Positions 9,048 through 21,800 of a stretch of 64,000 nt of DNA are shown here, in pieces. The notes under the pieces were generated by a model. It saw only the letters and a list, made by a program, of their open reading frames with translations, made no database searches and was not told the origin of the DNA. Origin of the DNA: Antedon mediterranea (lineage: Eukaryota; Animalia; Echinodermata). The first letter of the stretch is position 1. Every line of letters starts with the position of its first letter. The translations under genes and the position numbers were made by a program. Where the stretch lies: positions 17,059,045-17,123,044 of the forward strand of contig NC_092680.1 of assembly GCF_964355755.1 (NCBI RefSeq). The letters are read 5' to 3'.

Positions 9048-10920
9048 CTATTCTAGCTCTTCAACCTCTATTATTGGTTCCATGATTCTTGCAACTCTAC
9101 TAACGTTTCGAAATTTATGTTTATTTCTAATTAAAAAGGTTTTTTGACCGCTTCCACTAGGTTTATTTTCTTTCACAACAGGAGCCCGTCTGTACTCGAC
9201 CGTCATACCACAAATTTTCTGTAGTCTTCGCATATAGCAATCCTGATCAAATCGAACGTCGTCAATTTGGTCTTGAACCGTGTTAATTTTCTGCAGGTTG
9301 TACGAAACCATTTCCATCCGTCGACTGGATTCACGCCTAAGCTTTGAGGCGATTAAATCAAGAACTTCGCCTCGATGCAAGCCATGGCAATCAGGAACCG
9401 GATTCTGACAAATTCTAGCCCAGTCTGATCTTGCTCGCTCAACCTGTTGGATCAAACATTTGCTGAGAGTGACGATGGAATTAAGTTGTTGATCGACGTG
9501 GGTTAGAGGACTTGCATCTACATCATACTCTTCACTTGGATCCTCTTGATCTTCCAGAAAGTGTACTACAGCGTCTTTATCCTTCTCGGTGACGTCATCA
9601 CAATACATTCTTACATTGTCCCAATATGTGGAATACTCCAGCTCCTCCATGTCTTTCTTTATTTCGAAAGAGTCAAACGATTCCTCTTTTTCGTCATCAT
9701 TGAAATCCAGTGTGTTGGTGTGCACTGTCAACTGTTCGTTGTCTTCCGTTTTCTCTGTCTTAACTGTCAATTTTGCTGATACGTGGTCAATGCTGTTGGA
9801 GGCTCGTACGTCGCGTTCTGCCTGTACGCATTTGCTCAACATTTTCACTTCCTTGGTGTTTACTGATTTGTCTGCCATTTCAAATGAACGTGTCATTGTG
9901 CCACTCTCTGTCAACTCTTTTTTGAGTGTCTGTGTCTCGTCATCAACCATTTTTGGTTTGACCTTTTTACTTCTGCCTTTTTTGGTGAGACGTGCCAATC
10001 TAAAGGCTTCACTAAGCTTTCCTCTCTTTTTCTTCGTTGGCTTCTCTTCTTCATTGGAAGTTTCTGCATCAGGTCCTGTTGATGTCTGTGAAACTGTGCT
10101 GTCCATCTTCTCCTCCAAAGAAGTCTCCGAAGCAGTAGATAGTTCAGGGCTTTTGGTAGCACCAACTGATGCAGCTTTGGCGGATGGTGGGCGTTTAGAT
10201 GACGCAATACCAATTGAGAAATCATCATCTTCTCCCATTACGTTTCTAATTTCTACTTGAAGGGCATCCCATTTTCTGACTTCTCTTTCTCGTTTCAGTT
10301 CTTCCCTTCGACGGCGTCGAGCAGCGGGGTTCTCAGAGCCAGGAATATTTTCTTCCACTCTACTGAATGATTTAACACCAGACTTAGTAATTCTACCAAC
10401 TGTTGTATATCTAGCTGCTGACGATGTACTTGCAACAGCTTGACCAGTAGTAGGCCCACTGGTTGTAGCGGCATTTGAATCTTCATTGGAAACAACCTGG
10501 ATAACAAACAAATATATATAATATAAACAAAATTATGTATTAGTATGGTTAAATTACAATGTGATCGGGAATAAACGGTTTGCTTACCTGCTGTTGTCGA
10601 CGGTTAAAGAATCTACGAAACCGTGCAAAGCGACGCCACCATGGAGAGGATGGACGTGCCTATCAATAAATAAGATAAAAATCGTAAAAAACAACTTCTT
10701 AATAAACCATTAAATGCCTATGACCCCGACTAGGCTACACCTCGTTTGCACAACAAGACTATCGAACACCACTTCTGCGCACTCTTGTCTTCTATAAAAT
10801 TTCACGCAGTACCTTCTTAAAAGTATCGCTTAAAATCAAGCATTCTTTACTCACGTTTTCTTTCCGATATTCTTCATTTTGTTTTTGTCGTTTATCAACT
10901 GATTGTTTACTTTCAGCCAT
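9048..10920 (-). CDS. Orphan gene, copy 1 (possibly pseudogenised)
   Basis: Predicted exons 10855-10920, 10741-10791, 10588-10659 and 9048-10496, all phase 0 and GT-AG. There is an in-frame TAG at 10759-10761 in the 51-nt exon, where copy 2 has TCG. The 483-codon last exon is open. Confidence 0.6.
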
Positions 10921-10981
10921 CGTAATGAAATAAAATCTCTTTTCGAGTATAATTATCGAATATTTAACTAAGAAATCACTA

Positions 10982-11925
10982 CGTCTGGATTGAGTTCGTT
11001 GTACGTTTGACTATTGCGTTTGTTGTGCACGTCTGGCTATTGCTTTCGTTGTACGTCTGACTATTGCGTTCGTTGTACGTCTGACTATTGCGTTCGTTGG
11101 ACGTCTGATTATTGCGTTCGTTATACATCTAACTATTTCGTTCGTTGTACGTCTGGCTATTGCGTTCGTTATTCGTCTGGCTATTGCGGTCTTTGGACGT
11201 CTGACTATTGCGTTCGTTGTACGTCTGACTATTGCGTTCGTTGTACGTCTGGCTATTGCGTTCGTTAGATGTGTGACTATAATATTGCGTTCGTTGCACG
11301 TCTGACTATTGCGTTCGTTGTACGTCTGGCCATTACGTTCGTTGTGTACGTCTGACTATTGCGTTCGTTGTACGTCTGACTATTGCGTTCGTTGTACGTC
11401 TGGCTATTGCGTTCGTTAGATGTGTGAATATAATATTGCGTTCGTTGCACGTCTGACTATTGCGTTCGTTGTACGTCTGGCCATTACGTTCGTTGTGTAC
11501 GTCTGGCTATTGCGTTCGTTGTTCGTCTGGCTATTGAGTTCGTTGTAGGCCTACGTCTGGCTATTGCTTTCGTTGTACGTCTCACTATTTGCGTTCGTTG
11601 TTTGTTTGACTATTGCGTTCGTTGTACGTCTGACTATTGCGTTCGTTGTACGTCTGGCTATTTCGTTCGTTAGACGTGTGACTATAATATTGCGTTCGTT
11701 GTACGTCTGACTATTGTGTTCCTTGTACGTCTGGCTACTACGTTCGTTGTGTACGTCTGGCTATTGCGTTTGTTGTTCGTCAAGCTATTGAGTTCGTTGT
11801 AGGCCTACGTCTGGCTATTGCTTTCGTTGTACGTCTCACTATTTGCGTTCGCTGTTTGTTTGACTATTGCGTTCGTTGTTTGTCTGGCTATTACGTTCGT
11901 TGTACGCCTGACTGACTATTCCATT
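10982..11925. repeat. 24-bp minisatellite array 2
   Basis: Same unit as 8107-8850 but longer, with internal higher-order blocks. Confidence 0.95.
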
Positions 11926-12129
11926 CGTACTTTAAAAAGTCTCGGTTCTTTGCTCTTCCCTCTGATCTTTGACAAACAACAGAGGCACGGGACATTTGGC
12001 AAACATCATAGTTCAAACTGCTGGTCACTTAGCATTGAGTTTAGCATTAAGTTATTATGATGCAATATCACTCAATTCATGTTTTTCAATCACTTTTAGA
12101 AAAGGTTACTCACTGCGTAGTTACACTGT

Positions 12130-14002
12130 CTATTCTAGCTCTTCAACCTCCATTATTGGTTCCATGATTCTTGCAACTCTACTAACGTTTCGAAATTTAT
12201 GTTTATTTCTAATTACAAAGGTTTTTTGACCGCTTCCACTAGGTTTATTTTTTTTCACAACAGGAGCTCGTCTGTACTCGATCGTCATACCACAAATATT
12301 CTGTAGTCTTCGCATATAGCACTCCTGATCAAATCGAACGTCGTCAATTTGGTCTTGAACCGTGTTAATTTTCTGCAGGTTGTACGAAACCATTTCCATC
12401 CGTCGACTGGATTCACGCCTAAGCTTTGAGGCGATTAAATCAAGAACTTCGCCTCGATGCAAGCCATGGCAATCAGGAACCGGATTCTGACAAATTCTAG
12501 CCCAGTCTGATCTTGCTCGCTCAACCTGTTGGATCAAACATTTGCTGAGAGTGACGATGGAATTAAGTTGTTGATCGACGTGGGTTAGAGGACTTGCATC
12601 TACATCATACTCTTCACTTGGATCCTCTTGATCTTCCAGAAAGTGTACTACAGCGTCTTTATCCTTCTTGGTGACGTCATCACAATACATTCTTACATTG
12701 TCCCAATATGTGGAATACTCCAGCTCCTCCATGTCTTTCTTTATTTCGAAAGAGTCAAACGATTCCTCTTTTTCGTCATCATTGAAATCCAGTGTGTTGG
12801 TGTGCACTGTCAACTGTTCGTTGTCTTCCGTTTTCTCTGTCTTAACTGTCAATTTTGCTGATACGTGGTCAATGCTGTTGGAGGCTCGTACGTCGCGTTC
12901 TGCCTGTACGCATTTGCTCAACATTTTCACTTCCTTGGTGTTTACTGATTTGTCTGCCATTTCAAATGAACGTGTCATTGTGCCACTCTCTGTCAACTCT
13001 TTTTTGAGTGTCTGTGTCTCGTCATCAACCATTTTTGGTTTGACCTTTTTACTTCTGCCTTTTTTGGTGAGACGTGCCAATCTAAAGGCTTCACTAAGCT
13101 TTCCTCTCTTTTTCTTCGTTGGCTTCTCTTCTTCATTGGAAGTTTCTGCATCAGGTCTTGTTGATGTCTGTGAAACTGTGCTGTCCATCTTCTCCTCCAA
13201 AGAAGTCTCCGAAGCAGTAGATAGTTCAGGGCTTTTGGTAGCACCAACTGATGCAGCTTTGGCGGATGGTGGGCGTTTAGATGACGCAATACCAATTGAG
13301 AAATCATCATCTTCTCCCATTACGTTTCTAATTTCTACTTGAAGGGCATCCCATTTTCTGACTTCTCTTTCTCGTTTCAGTTCTTCCCTTCGACGGTGTC
13401 GAGCAGCGGGGCTCTCAGAGCCAGGAATATTTTCTTCCACTCTACTGAATGATTTAACACCAGACTTAGTAATTCTACCAACTGTGGTATATCTAGCTGC
13501 TGACGATGTACTTGCAACAGCTTGACCAGTAGTAGGCCCACTGGTTGTAGCGGCATTTGAATCTTCATTGGAAACAACCTGGATAACAAACAAATATATA
13601 TAATATAAACAAAATTATGTATTAGTATGGTTAAATTACAATGTGATCGGGAATAAACGATTAGCTTACCTGCTGTTGTCGTCTATTTCGACGGTTAAAG
13701 AATCTACGGAACCGTGCAAAGCGACGCCACCATGGAGAGGATGGACGTGCCTATCAATAAATAAGATAAAAATCGTAAAAAACTTCTTAATAAACCATTA
13801 AATGCCTATGACCCCGACTATAGGTTACACCTCGTTCGCACAATAAGACGATCGAACACCACTTCTGCACACTCTTGTCTCCTATCAAATTTCACGCAGT
13901 AGCCTACCTTCTTAAAATCAAGCATTCTTTACTCACGTTTTCTTTGCGATATTCTTCATTTTGTTTTTGTAGTTTATCAACTGATTGTTTATTTTCAGCC
14001 AT
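12130..14002 (-). CDS. Orphan gene, copy 2, ~548 aa, low-complexity/acidic with helical C-terminus
   Basis: Predicted exons 13937-14002 (acgATGG; MAENKQSVDKLQKQNEEYRKEN), 13831-13881, 13670-13750 (ARPSSPWWRRFARFRRFFNRRNRRQQQ) and 12130-13578 total 1647 nt and are open. A 9-nt in-frame indel versus copy 1 supports coding. The exon 2 donor (GTGTAA) is weak. Confidence 0.7.
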
Positions 14003-14366
14003 CGTAATAAAATAAAATCTCTTTTCGAGTATAATTATCGAATATTTAACTAAGAAATCACTAAGATAAGTTACTTTCCAGCGTGCTTAGAAAGAATGAT
14101 AAGGTTTGTTGACACCGTACCTCCTTGGTAACTTTGTGTACGATCCTCCCTATGGTAACGTTACGCGCGCGTAGTTTAGGCATGGAAACTGTGACGCGTT
14201 GTAAAAGTAAGTCCACACCACGAGAGACAGCGCCGCACCAAGTGTTTCATTATAAATACCGTAATAATAATTGCCATTATTCTTTAAAAAAAAATTATAT
14301 AAAGCGATGCTGTATAAAATAATTATATATTGCATAGGCCTACACAATCCTTTTAATAATCCCTAA

Positions 14367-14545
14367 AGCGTGGTTCCCACTAGCGACGCAACACAAGGAC
14401 GTAACGCAACGCAAGAGAAGTGACCAATCACAAGCGATGGCTTATTCGCTTGTGATTGCTGACTGTCTATAACTTCGCTTGTCATTGGTTAAAACGCTTG
14501 CGTTGCGTTTACGTCCTTGCGTTACGTTCTAGTGGGAACCAAGCT
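14367..14545. mobile_element. MITE family B, 179 bp, long palindromic arms (PIF/Harbinger-like)
   Basis: TIR AGC(G/T)TGGTTCCCACTAG with TWA flanks. A near-identical full copy lies at 25313-25491. Degenerate relatives lie near 17468-17602, 31935-32105 and 54710-54836. Confidence 0.85.
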
Positions 14546-15367
14546 TTAGTAGTGTTAACAAGTTACGGATCAAATAGTCTACACTTGATAAATAACTGTT
14601 TTATCATCTTCTGTATTCTGTACCTTTTAAATTACTATTTACACAAAAAAAAAATCTCACGATCAATTTCAACATCTTTTAAATTTGGTATCAATTAGCT
14701 TTGTGTATTCTCGACGCTGATTAGTCCATTGAAATTCATTCGATTAATACTGCGCCCTCTATGTGTCCAAGCTTAAACTTTCTTCTAGTCTTGTTTGTAA
14801 ATGATTTATGACTGTCTCGTATGACTCGTATAAATGTGTATTTTTTCAAACTCAAGAAACAGTGTGCTAGCCAAAATTAACATGAACATTAAAAGACTTT
14901 CAGGTAAATAAAACTCATGATACATCATAATATATACATTTCAATATTCATTACGTCGTATGGATGGTTAAATTGCTAATTGTAATTAATAAGAATCAAT
15001 CAAATGTAGTTGTGATTCCAAATCACAGTATACGAATAGATAGTGTGAAAAATATCGTTTGTTGCACTGAAATTGTGTTCGTTCGTCTGTCACCACAGTG
15101 TACGCCCTCCATAGGTCTTGTTGTGCAATACTTTAAATGCACAAGGGCGAATCATGTACAACAGTTCAATCTCATAATGGTCAGGTGTAAAATCAATCCC
15201 ATCGTGTTCTCTCAAGCTTTAACATGACTTTGTTAATCATGCAAATAAACAAACCAACTAAAATAATAATTAATTGTTATTACGTTTAGTCTCCACATAC
15301 TCCCAAATCCGCTCACCACCCGCCCCACCAAATTACGTAACAACTTGCTAAACTTGTTATTAAGCGC

Positions 15368-15668
15368 GCGTGGTTCCCACTAGCGACGCAACACAATGAC
15401 GTAACGCAACGCAAGTGAATTGACCAATCACAAGCGATGGCTTATTCGCTTGTGATTGCTAACTGTCTATAACTTCGCTTGTCATTGGTTAAAAGGAGTT
15501 GTTATTAATAATAACAACTCCCTGGTTAAAACGCTTGCGTTGCGTTTACGTCCTTGCGTTACGTTCTAGTGGGAACCAAGCTTAACTGTCTATAACCTCG
15601 CTTGTCATTGGTTAAAACGCTTGCGTTGCGTTTACGTTCTTGCGTTACGTTCTAGTGGGAACCAAGCT
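15368..15668. mobile_element. MITE family B compound copy containing a P-type footprint and an extra right half
   Basis: A full copy interrupted at 15495-15524, followed by TAA and a second right arm. Confidence 0.8.
15495..15524. mobile_element. P-element-type footprint (CAGGGAGTTG family) inside MITE B
   Basis: GTTAAAA-GGAGTTGTTATTAATAATAACAACTCCCTG-GTTAAAA. The uninterrupted MITE copies have a single GTTAAAA, showing that the 7-mer is a target-site duplication. Confidence 0.75.
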
Positions 15669-18600
15669 TTAAAAACATGATAAACGTAATATATTGATAG
15701 ACATATGGATATCGTATACTGCCCAACCTTCGACGTAAAATTTCAAAGAAGATGGCGACTCTGGATTTGCCATGATTCAACCCATACGCCTAATGTATTC
15801 GAATGTTATTATAAAAAAAATACACCAAGAATTATTAGTTTTACATAACATAAACATTAAAAAGGCACTATTTATAAGCATAACACAATTAGCGCCCCCA
15901 AACGGTTTATTATGATTTTATACCAGTGATTTGTAATAGCCAATATCTCTCTGTTTCAAACTAAACTGGATGCCACCGTTTTCGCCACTCCCTCTATTTA
16001 TTATTACTATATAAGGAGGTTTCGCAAGGCTAACGATAACGAAAACGGATACGTCCCACATTTTGTGACGTATCCGTTTTCGTCGTTTCAGAAACCCTGG
16101 ATCTGACACAACACACCAAACTCATGAGGCCTATTCCATTTGCCCATCTTGATACCATTACATGTACAGGTAATAAAACAGTGAGTTATCGCGGCTAAAA
16201 ACAATCACGCCCTCAGTGTTTTGGAGTGCAAATTGTAAGATGAACCTGTTTTCCGCCGGCCCATGAATACGCATGGTTGTATCAACGACTATCAGTATCA
16301 TCCATTTATCATCAACATTCACAAGTAAAATCATACAAGGGAAGAGTGAAATTGCAAAATTGTAATTTCCTTCTCATACACAAACACAAACAAAAGAACA
16401 AGAATACTCTATTTTAAATTTGTGGCGATCATATATTTAATACAATACATTTTGCAGTTATAATAAAATCTGTAGAGAGAAATTAAAGTTTTAAACAAAT
16501 GTGAGTTCCACAGTTTAATATATACATTATATCAATACACACAATTATATAAAGATGCACCTCGGATTATAAATAAATATATTATATGCATCTGTAATAA
16601 ATACTGTGTATAGGCTATAAATATTGTATGAGAATCTGTAGCAATAAAATTACAGATAAGTATGGCGCATTAATTTAACTTTAATGTTGTCAATTTGTTA
16701 TCAAATCAATAATGTATTTCATAGACAAACTATGCGAATTACTGTAGATGAAAATAAATACTTTTTATGTACTCAACACGTGACATATGTGCGTCACATT
16801 GGACATTAAAATGAATCGACAAAATCTGTAGGAACTTTCTGATGCTCTTAAATAAACAATAACATACTGGTCCATTGAGACTAACAAATCTCGATGTATA
16901 TGAGAATAAAGTACGGCTATGACGGCTGATTTAATATTTCCATGGTGATATCCCTATTTCGTGACAAATAGTAGGTTACGTCACGTCACTTTATTTCTTC
17001 ATGGTTAAACAGACTGAATTTAATTTCCGCTTACAAATACTGTACCTCATTTCCATGGAACGTCACTTACATTCATGAATACTTTACTTCGATCACAATT
17101 TGGGGTCGAGGGTTGGACGAATGATAAAAAGTGTAGTAAACAAACAAGCTTGGATGTAATTGAAATTAAGTATATTTGCCTATCATTATTACTTTTTGCA
17201 TAAAAGACGTACCATAGATTTTAGTACCAGTTCTGAACGTATACTTTATTATCGCTCATAAATACATGGCTACACTGACACGTTTTCGTCTCATGTTACG
17301 GTTGATTAGGTGGTGTGTATTATAAAGGAAAGGTTTATTTCGTTAGTTTAACGAAGAAAAGTCTTCGTAATCGAATCGAAACATAGTTCTGGAACAGGAC
17401 TCTAATCGTAACTTAATGTGCTTACAGTTTGAGATACAGTATTTCTAAAGTAATTTACTTAAATCATGGTTACACAAGCACGTCGGCGCAAGTTATTTGA
17501 CCAATCAGAGTGACGGGGCATCCGAGTTGTTGTTTGTGATTGGTCAATTTACTTGCGTTGCACTTACGTACTTTGCGTTGCGTCCACGTGAGAACCAAGC
17601 TTTGAAAAGAGTAACCTGGGCCCAATTTATTAATCATTTCTCTTCTCTTCTTTTTTTTTTCACTGTAAGTTTGTAATTATGTTAAAAGAAACGTTGTCGT
17701 TGGTGAACTATGAACTTTTGTTTTTATGTACAACGTTTATCTTTGAATGTCTTATTTGAGCTGTTGAAGAAAGAAGTAAAAATCTCACTTTTCTGTAACC
17801 GAAAAACTGAAAATCACACGGTCAGATGAACAACAAAAATAGTTTAACCTAAATTCAACACTACAGTAATTTTAAGATTATGGATCAAGATATGACTTGA
17901 TAGCATTATACCGGACTAATATAGTTAAAATCTGTCTCGGTAAATTCTTATCGTACCTCTAGATCTTAAGTCGCACTGGGACTCGCATGAATTCAATTTA
18001 GTTGTAAACAGAGTCTCACACGTGAATCTCACAACAAGTTCGTCCTCCATACAATTAAGTGGACTAATCCATAACACACTAAAGTTTTTAAAATGCATAC
18101 TACTCAATGTAAAACAGGTATTCAAAAACAATAGCATTTTTCATAAGAATAAAAGAATAGTTTTGAACAGCGATCTAAATTGTTTGTTTTTGCATTTACT
18201 ACTGCTAGGAATTTCCCTGCGGGCTGAGCTAGCTACCGATGGATTTCAGGGATCGCTTGAGCGTGTAATTATCAAACTAAGTTGCGTGGTATACTTCAAT
18301 AAGGTAATAATTGTGCTGGAGTCTACTGGCTAAACCCCAGATCAACTCTTCGTCACGCCATTGAGATTTTCACCAGGTGGCAGTCTGTTCAAGCCTTGCC
18401 AAACAAATTACGTAAAACATTTCTTTTTTATTTCAATTCAGGTAAGCAATGTCAACTTGAACACTTGATGACATCTCTCTCTCTCTCTTTTCGTTGATTT
18501 AACGCTTAAAGGTGTTGAAAACCGGAGTAGAAAAAGATTGATGATTGTGTGACGTCATTTACAGAAATCGGACTACTATACTCATAAAATGCCATCATTG

Positions 18601-18890
18601 AATTCCGCGTTAAGTGGCACGCATGCTCTGACTTGTATCGGTAAAATTTACAGTACACATCGTTAAATCTCTTGATAAACAAAAATATACAATCCATCCT
18701 CTTTAACGTTTAATAGCGAAACGCACGCTCTCTGTATCCGCACATTGTGAATACAAAATTTATAAAACTTTTACAAACGTTTAACCATAACATCTTATCC
18801 AAACTATGTACAAAGCTGTTAACGATATGTATATATTTTACAAAATGTACATAATTTATATATATATATGTAATATAGAGTTTGCTTTTG

Positions 18891-21800
18891 CTACCGTTTT
18901 GTTGAAAATGTGAAAAGAAGCGAAACTAGTAGCGTCACAAATGTCCATGCTTGCGAGGCTTGTAACACATTAGTCCTATTGGGTTCATTATCGCCCCGCA
19001 CTATTGGTGGGGGATCTTGTTCAAATATACTAGTTCTATTTGCAAGTACACGTTTGGGATTGGGATGCAGTCTTTTTACATCCATGAAGGCATGTTGTGC
19101 AGCAAGCGAAAAGTTTGCATTGCCAGTTGTCATGAGGTCAAACACACATGAATCAAAATAGTCATTTGTAACTTCTGCCTTTTTACATTTGGCAACTGCT
19201 TCTACGCGAGAAGTTAATTTTCGAGATGGATCAAGGTTATCGAGCTGTTTATATCGGAGATTTAAAAAGTCTTTGAAATAAATTCTTTCCCGAGCTGGGC
19301 ATCCTTTGACGCACAATTGCAACGCGTCATCTTCCTTATCCTGGATTAAATCCCTTGGCATACTGAGGGCAAAGGTCAGAAATCGTCCGACCTGACGAAG
19401 CACGATGGTTGTTGCCACGTATTGAAGGTGTATTTCTACGTGTTTTCTCGGTACAACATCTAGAATGACCACACTCTGGCTAGGCCCACTTGTGTTTGTG
19501 CCATCCAGGAACGCAGCTGGTAGTCTCCCACTCTCGGCGAAATAGATCTTCTGCTCGGCACATTTAGCATTGGATTTGATCACAACAGAAATCTAGAACA
19601 AAAAAAAAGGATATCATAAATACCAATATCATTTAATTGATTATTTAGAGAACAATACATTTTAACTTAAAAGTTAAATGCATCGATTGTGTGGTTAAAG
19701 AAACGGATTGAAATTATGCATATACAAATTACTTTATTAGAGAGGCAGTATTTTGATGGTCAGAGAATCAGATTAGGACCAGGATGTTATACACGTCGTG
19801 TTTCCCTCTTGTTTTGACCATCTAGAATGGTTTACGGAACAATATTTTGATCCATGTGCAAGATTTATCAGAAACTCGAATGTGACGTTTTCGATATGTT
19901 CGAGATTCCATTACAGTCATTTCCGTATCATGAGTGAGTAATTATAAACGGCAAAAAGGCTAAACCAATACACAAGTATTGGTTAGCATGTATTTTGATG
20001 TACTTTAAATGTAGAGTAATATAATATATAGTATCAATTAGACTTGCCCCAAGTCTGTAGTTATTGTCTTTTTTATCCACCAGTCGGTGTTTTGATTTGT
20101 GTCTGAATAATACGTGCTCGTGTATGAAACGCCATATGTGCCAAAATATTCATCTTTTTACTAATTTCGGTATAGATACTAGACTAAGCACTAATGTTTA
20201 GTAATACGAATATATTAACGAAAATGGTACGCGTTTGTAAATGTTATCCTTGTAAAAATAAAAATGATGATGTAGTGATTTAATTTAGAGGTATAGACCT
20301 ATATCTCTATTTCTATACCTCCATGATAGATCCATGATAGATGTAATTTCGTTAACGATATTCTATAATAAATACGTACTGGTTACAAGAAATCAGTAGG
20401 CCTACGGTAATAGTTTCCAAACACGCCAACAGATAACAATAATATTTATAATCATTCAATAATTCATATTAGATAAGAAAATCATAAATCAGAGTTCAGA
20501 GGCAAAAGTAACAATATTCTTGTATAGTAACTGAATCTTTGAATTTGCACTTTGCATACTATTCTTCGCGATCTGGGCAGTCTAATTTAACAGAATGTTA
20601 CGAAATTGAAAACCGATTATTTAATGAGCATAATTAATTCTCTTATCAAGCGGGAACGTCGTTTGTTAATGAACAGATTAGTCGACAAATCTCAGCTTTT
20701 ATCTCTGCAATTACTCATCGAGTTATACAAATATGGCCTCTATCGAAACATAAACAAAACATTACTTATAAACAATGTACTTGTAAGGAGGCAGTAATAA
20801 GTATACAATACAACCATATCATTAAAACAAAGTTGTATTGAACACAATACCATACTAATTAATTCAGTGGGAAAGCCAATAGAATTAAAAAAAACCTACT
20901 GTTTTCATTTATAAGTTTATACACTATTATTGCTGACCTATTTCTCTACAGTGCATCAATTACAGAAACCCATTAAACTGTCAATGTTATGTCCAGAAGG
21001 AATGTCCAGAAGGGATGTCCAGAAGGAATATCCAGAAGGAATGTCCAAAAGGAATGTCCAGAAGGGATATCCAGAAGGGATATCCAGAAGGGATATCCAG
21101 AAGGGATGTCCAGAAGGAATGTCCAGAAGGGATGTCCAGAAGGAATGTCTAGAAGGGATGTCCAGAAGGAATGTCTAGAAGGGATGTCCAGAAGGAATGT
21201 CCAGAAGGAATGTCCAGAAGGGATGTCCAGAAGCGATGTCCAGAAGGAGTGTCCAGAAGGGATATCCAGAAGGGATATCCAGAAGGAATGTCCAGAAGGG
21301 ATGTCCAGAAGGAATGTCCAGAAGGGATGTCCAGAAGGGATGTCCAGAAGGAATGTCCAGAAGGGATGTCCAGAAGAAATGTCCAGAAGGGATGTCCAGA
21401 AGCGATGTCCAGAAGGAATGTCCAGAAGGGATGTAAGACTAGAGGTCCAACCCATCCTGGTACCTCAATGTAGTGTATAGCCCAACATACATATCCACTG
21501 ATAAAAATGATCAGATATTGTTAAGAAATGTTAGACCAGACAAAATCGCTTTCTAAACGCTATCGCTAATAATGCACAACGGCATTCTTGTTCTGTTTCC
21601 GTTGGTTATTTAAGCGAGTTAATCTGCATACAGGTAACAAATTGGCGTGTTCAATAACTTAAGTCTGTTGTCTCAGGTACAGCTGAACAAGCTGCTTTCA
21701 CTTCCTTCACCAATATTCAACATTAAAAGTCACAATCCGTTGGTATCCCTGTTATAGTATTATTGCCTTGATTTAATATTAGTGCATGCTATGGAGTTCA

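Noticed and set aside
9589-10260. 223-aa plus-strand ORF and its twin at 12668-13342
   Set aside because: Antisense shadow of the real minus-strand exon.
10497-10511. MFVIQ start of the 487-aa ORFs
   Set aside because: It uses a non-ATG start inside a polypyrimidine tract ending in CAG, so it is an intron acceptor.
20930-21480. Cys-rich repeat ORFs in several frames
   Set aside because: Product of a 13-bp minisatellite lacking stop codons, inside an RGM intron.
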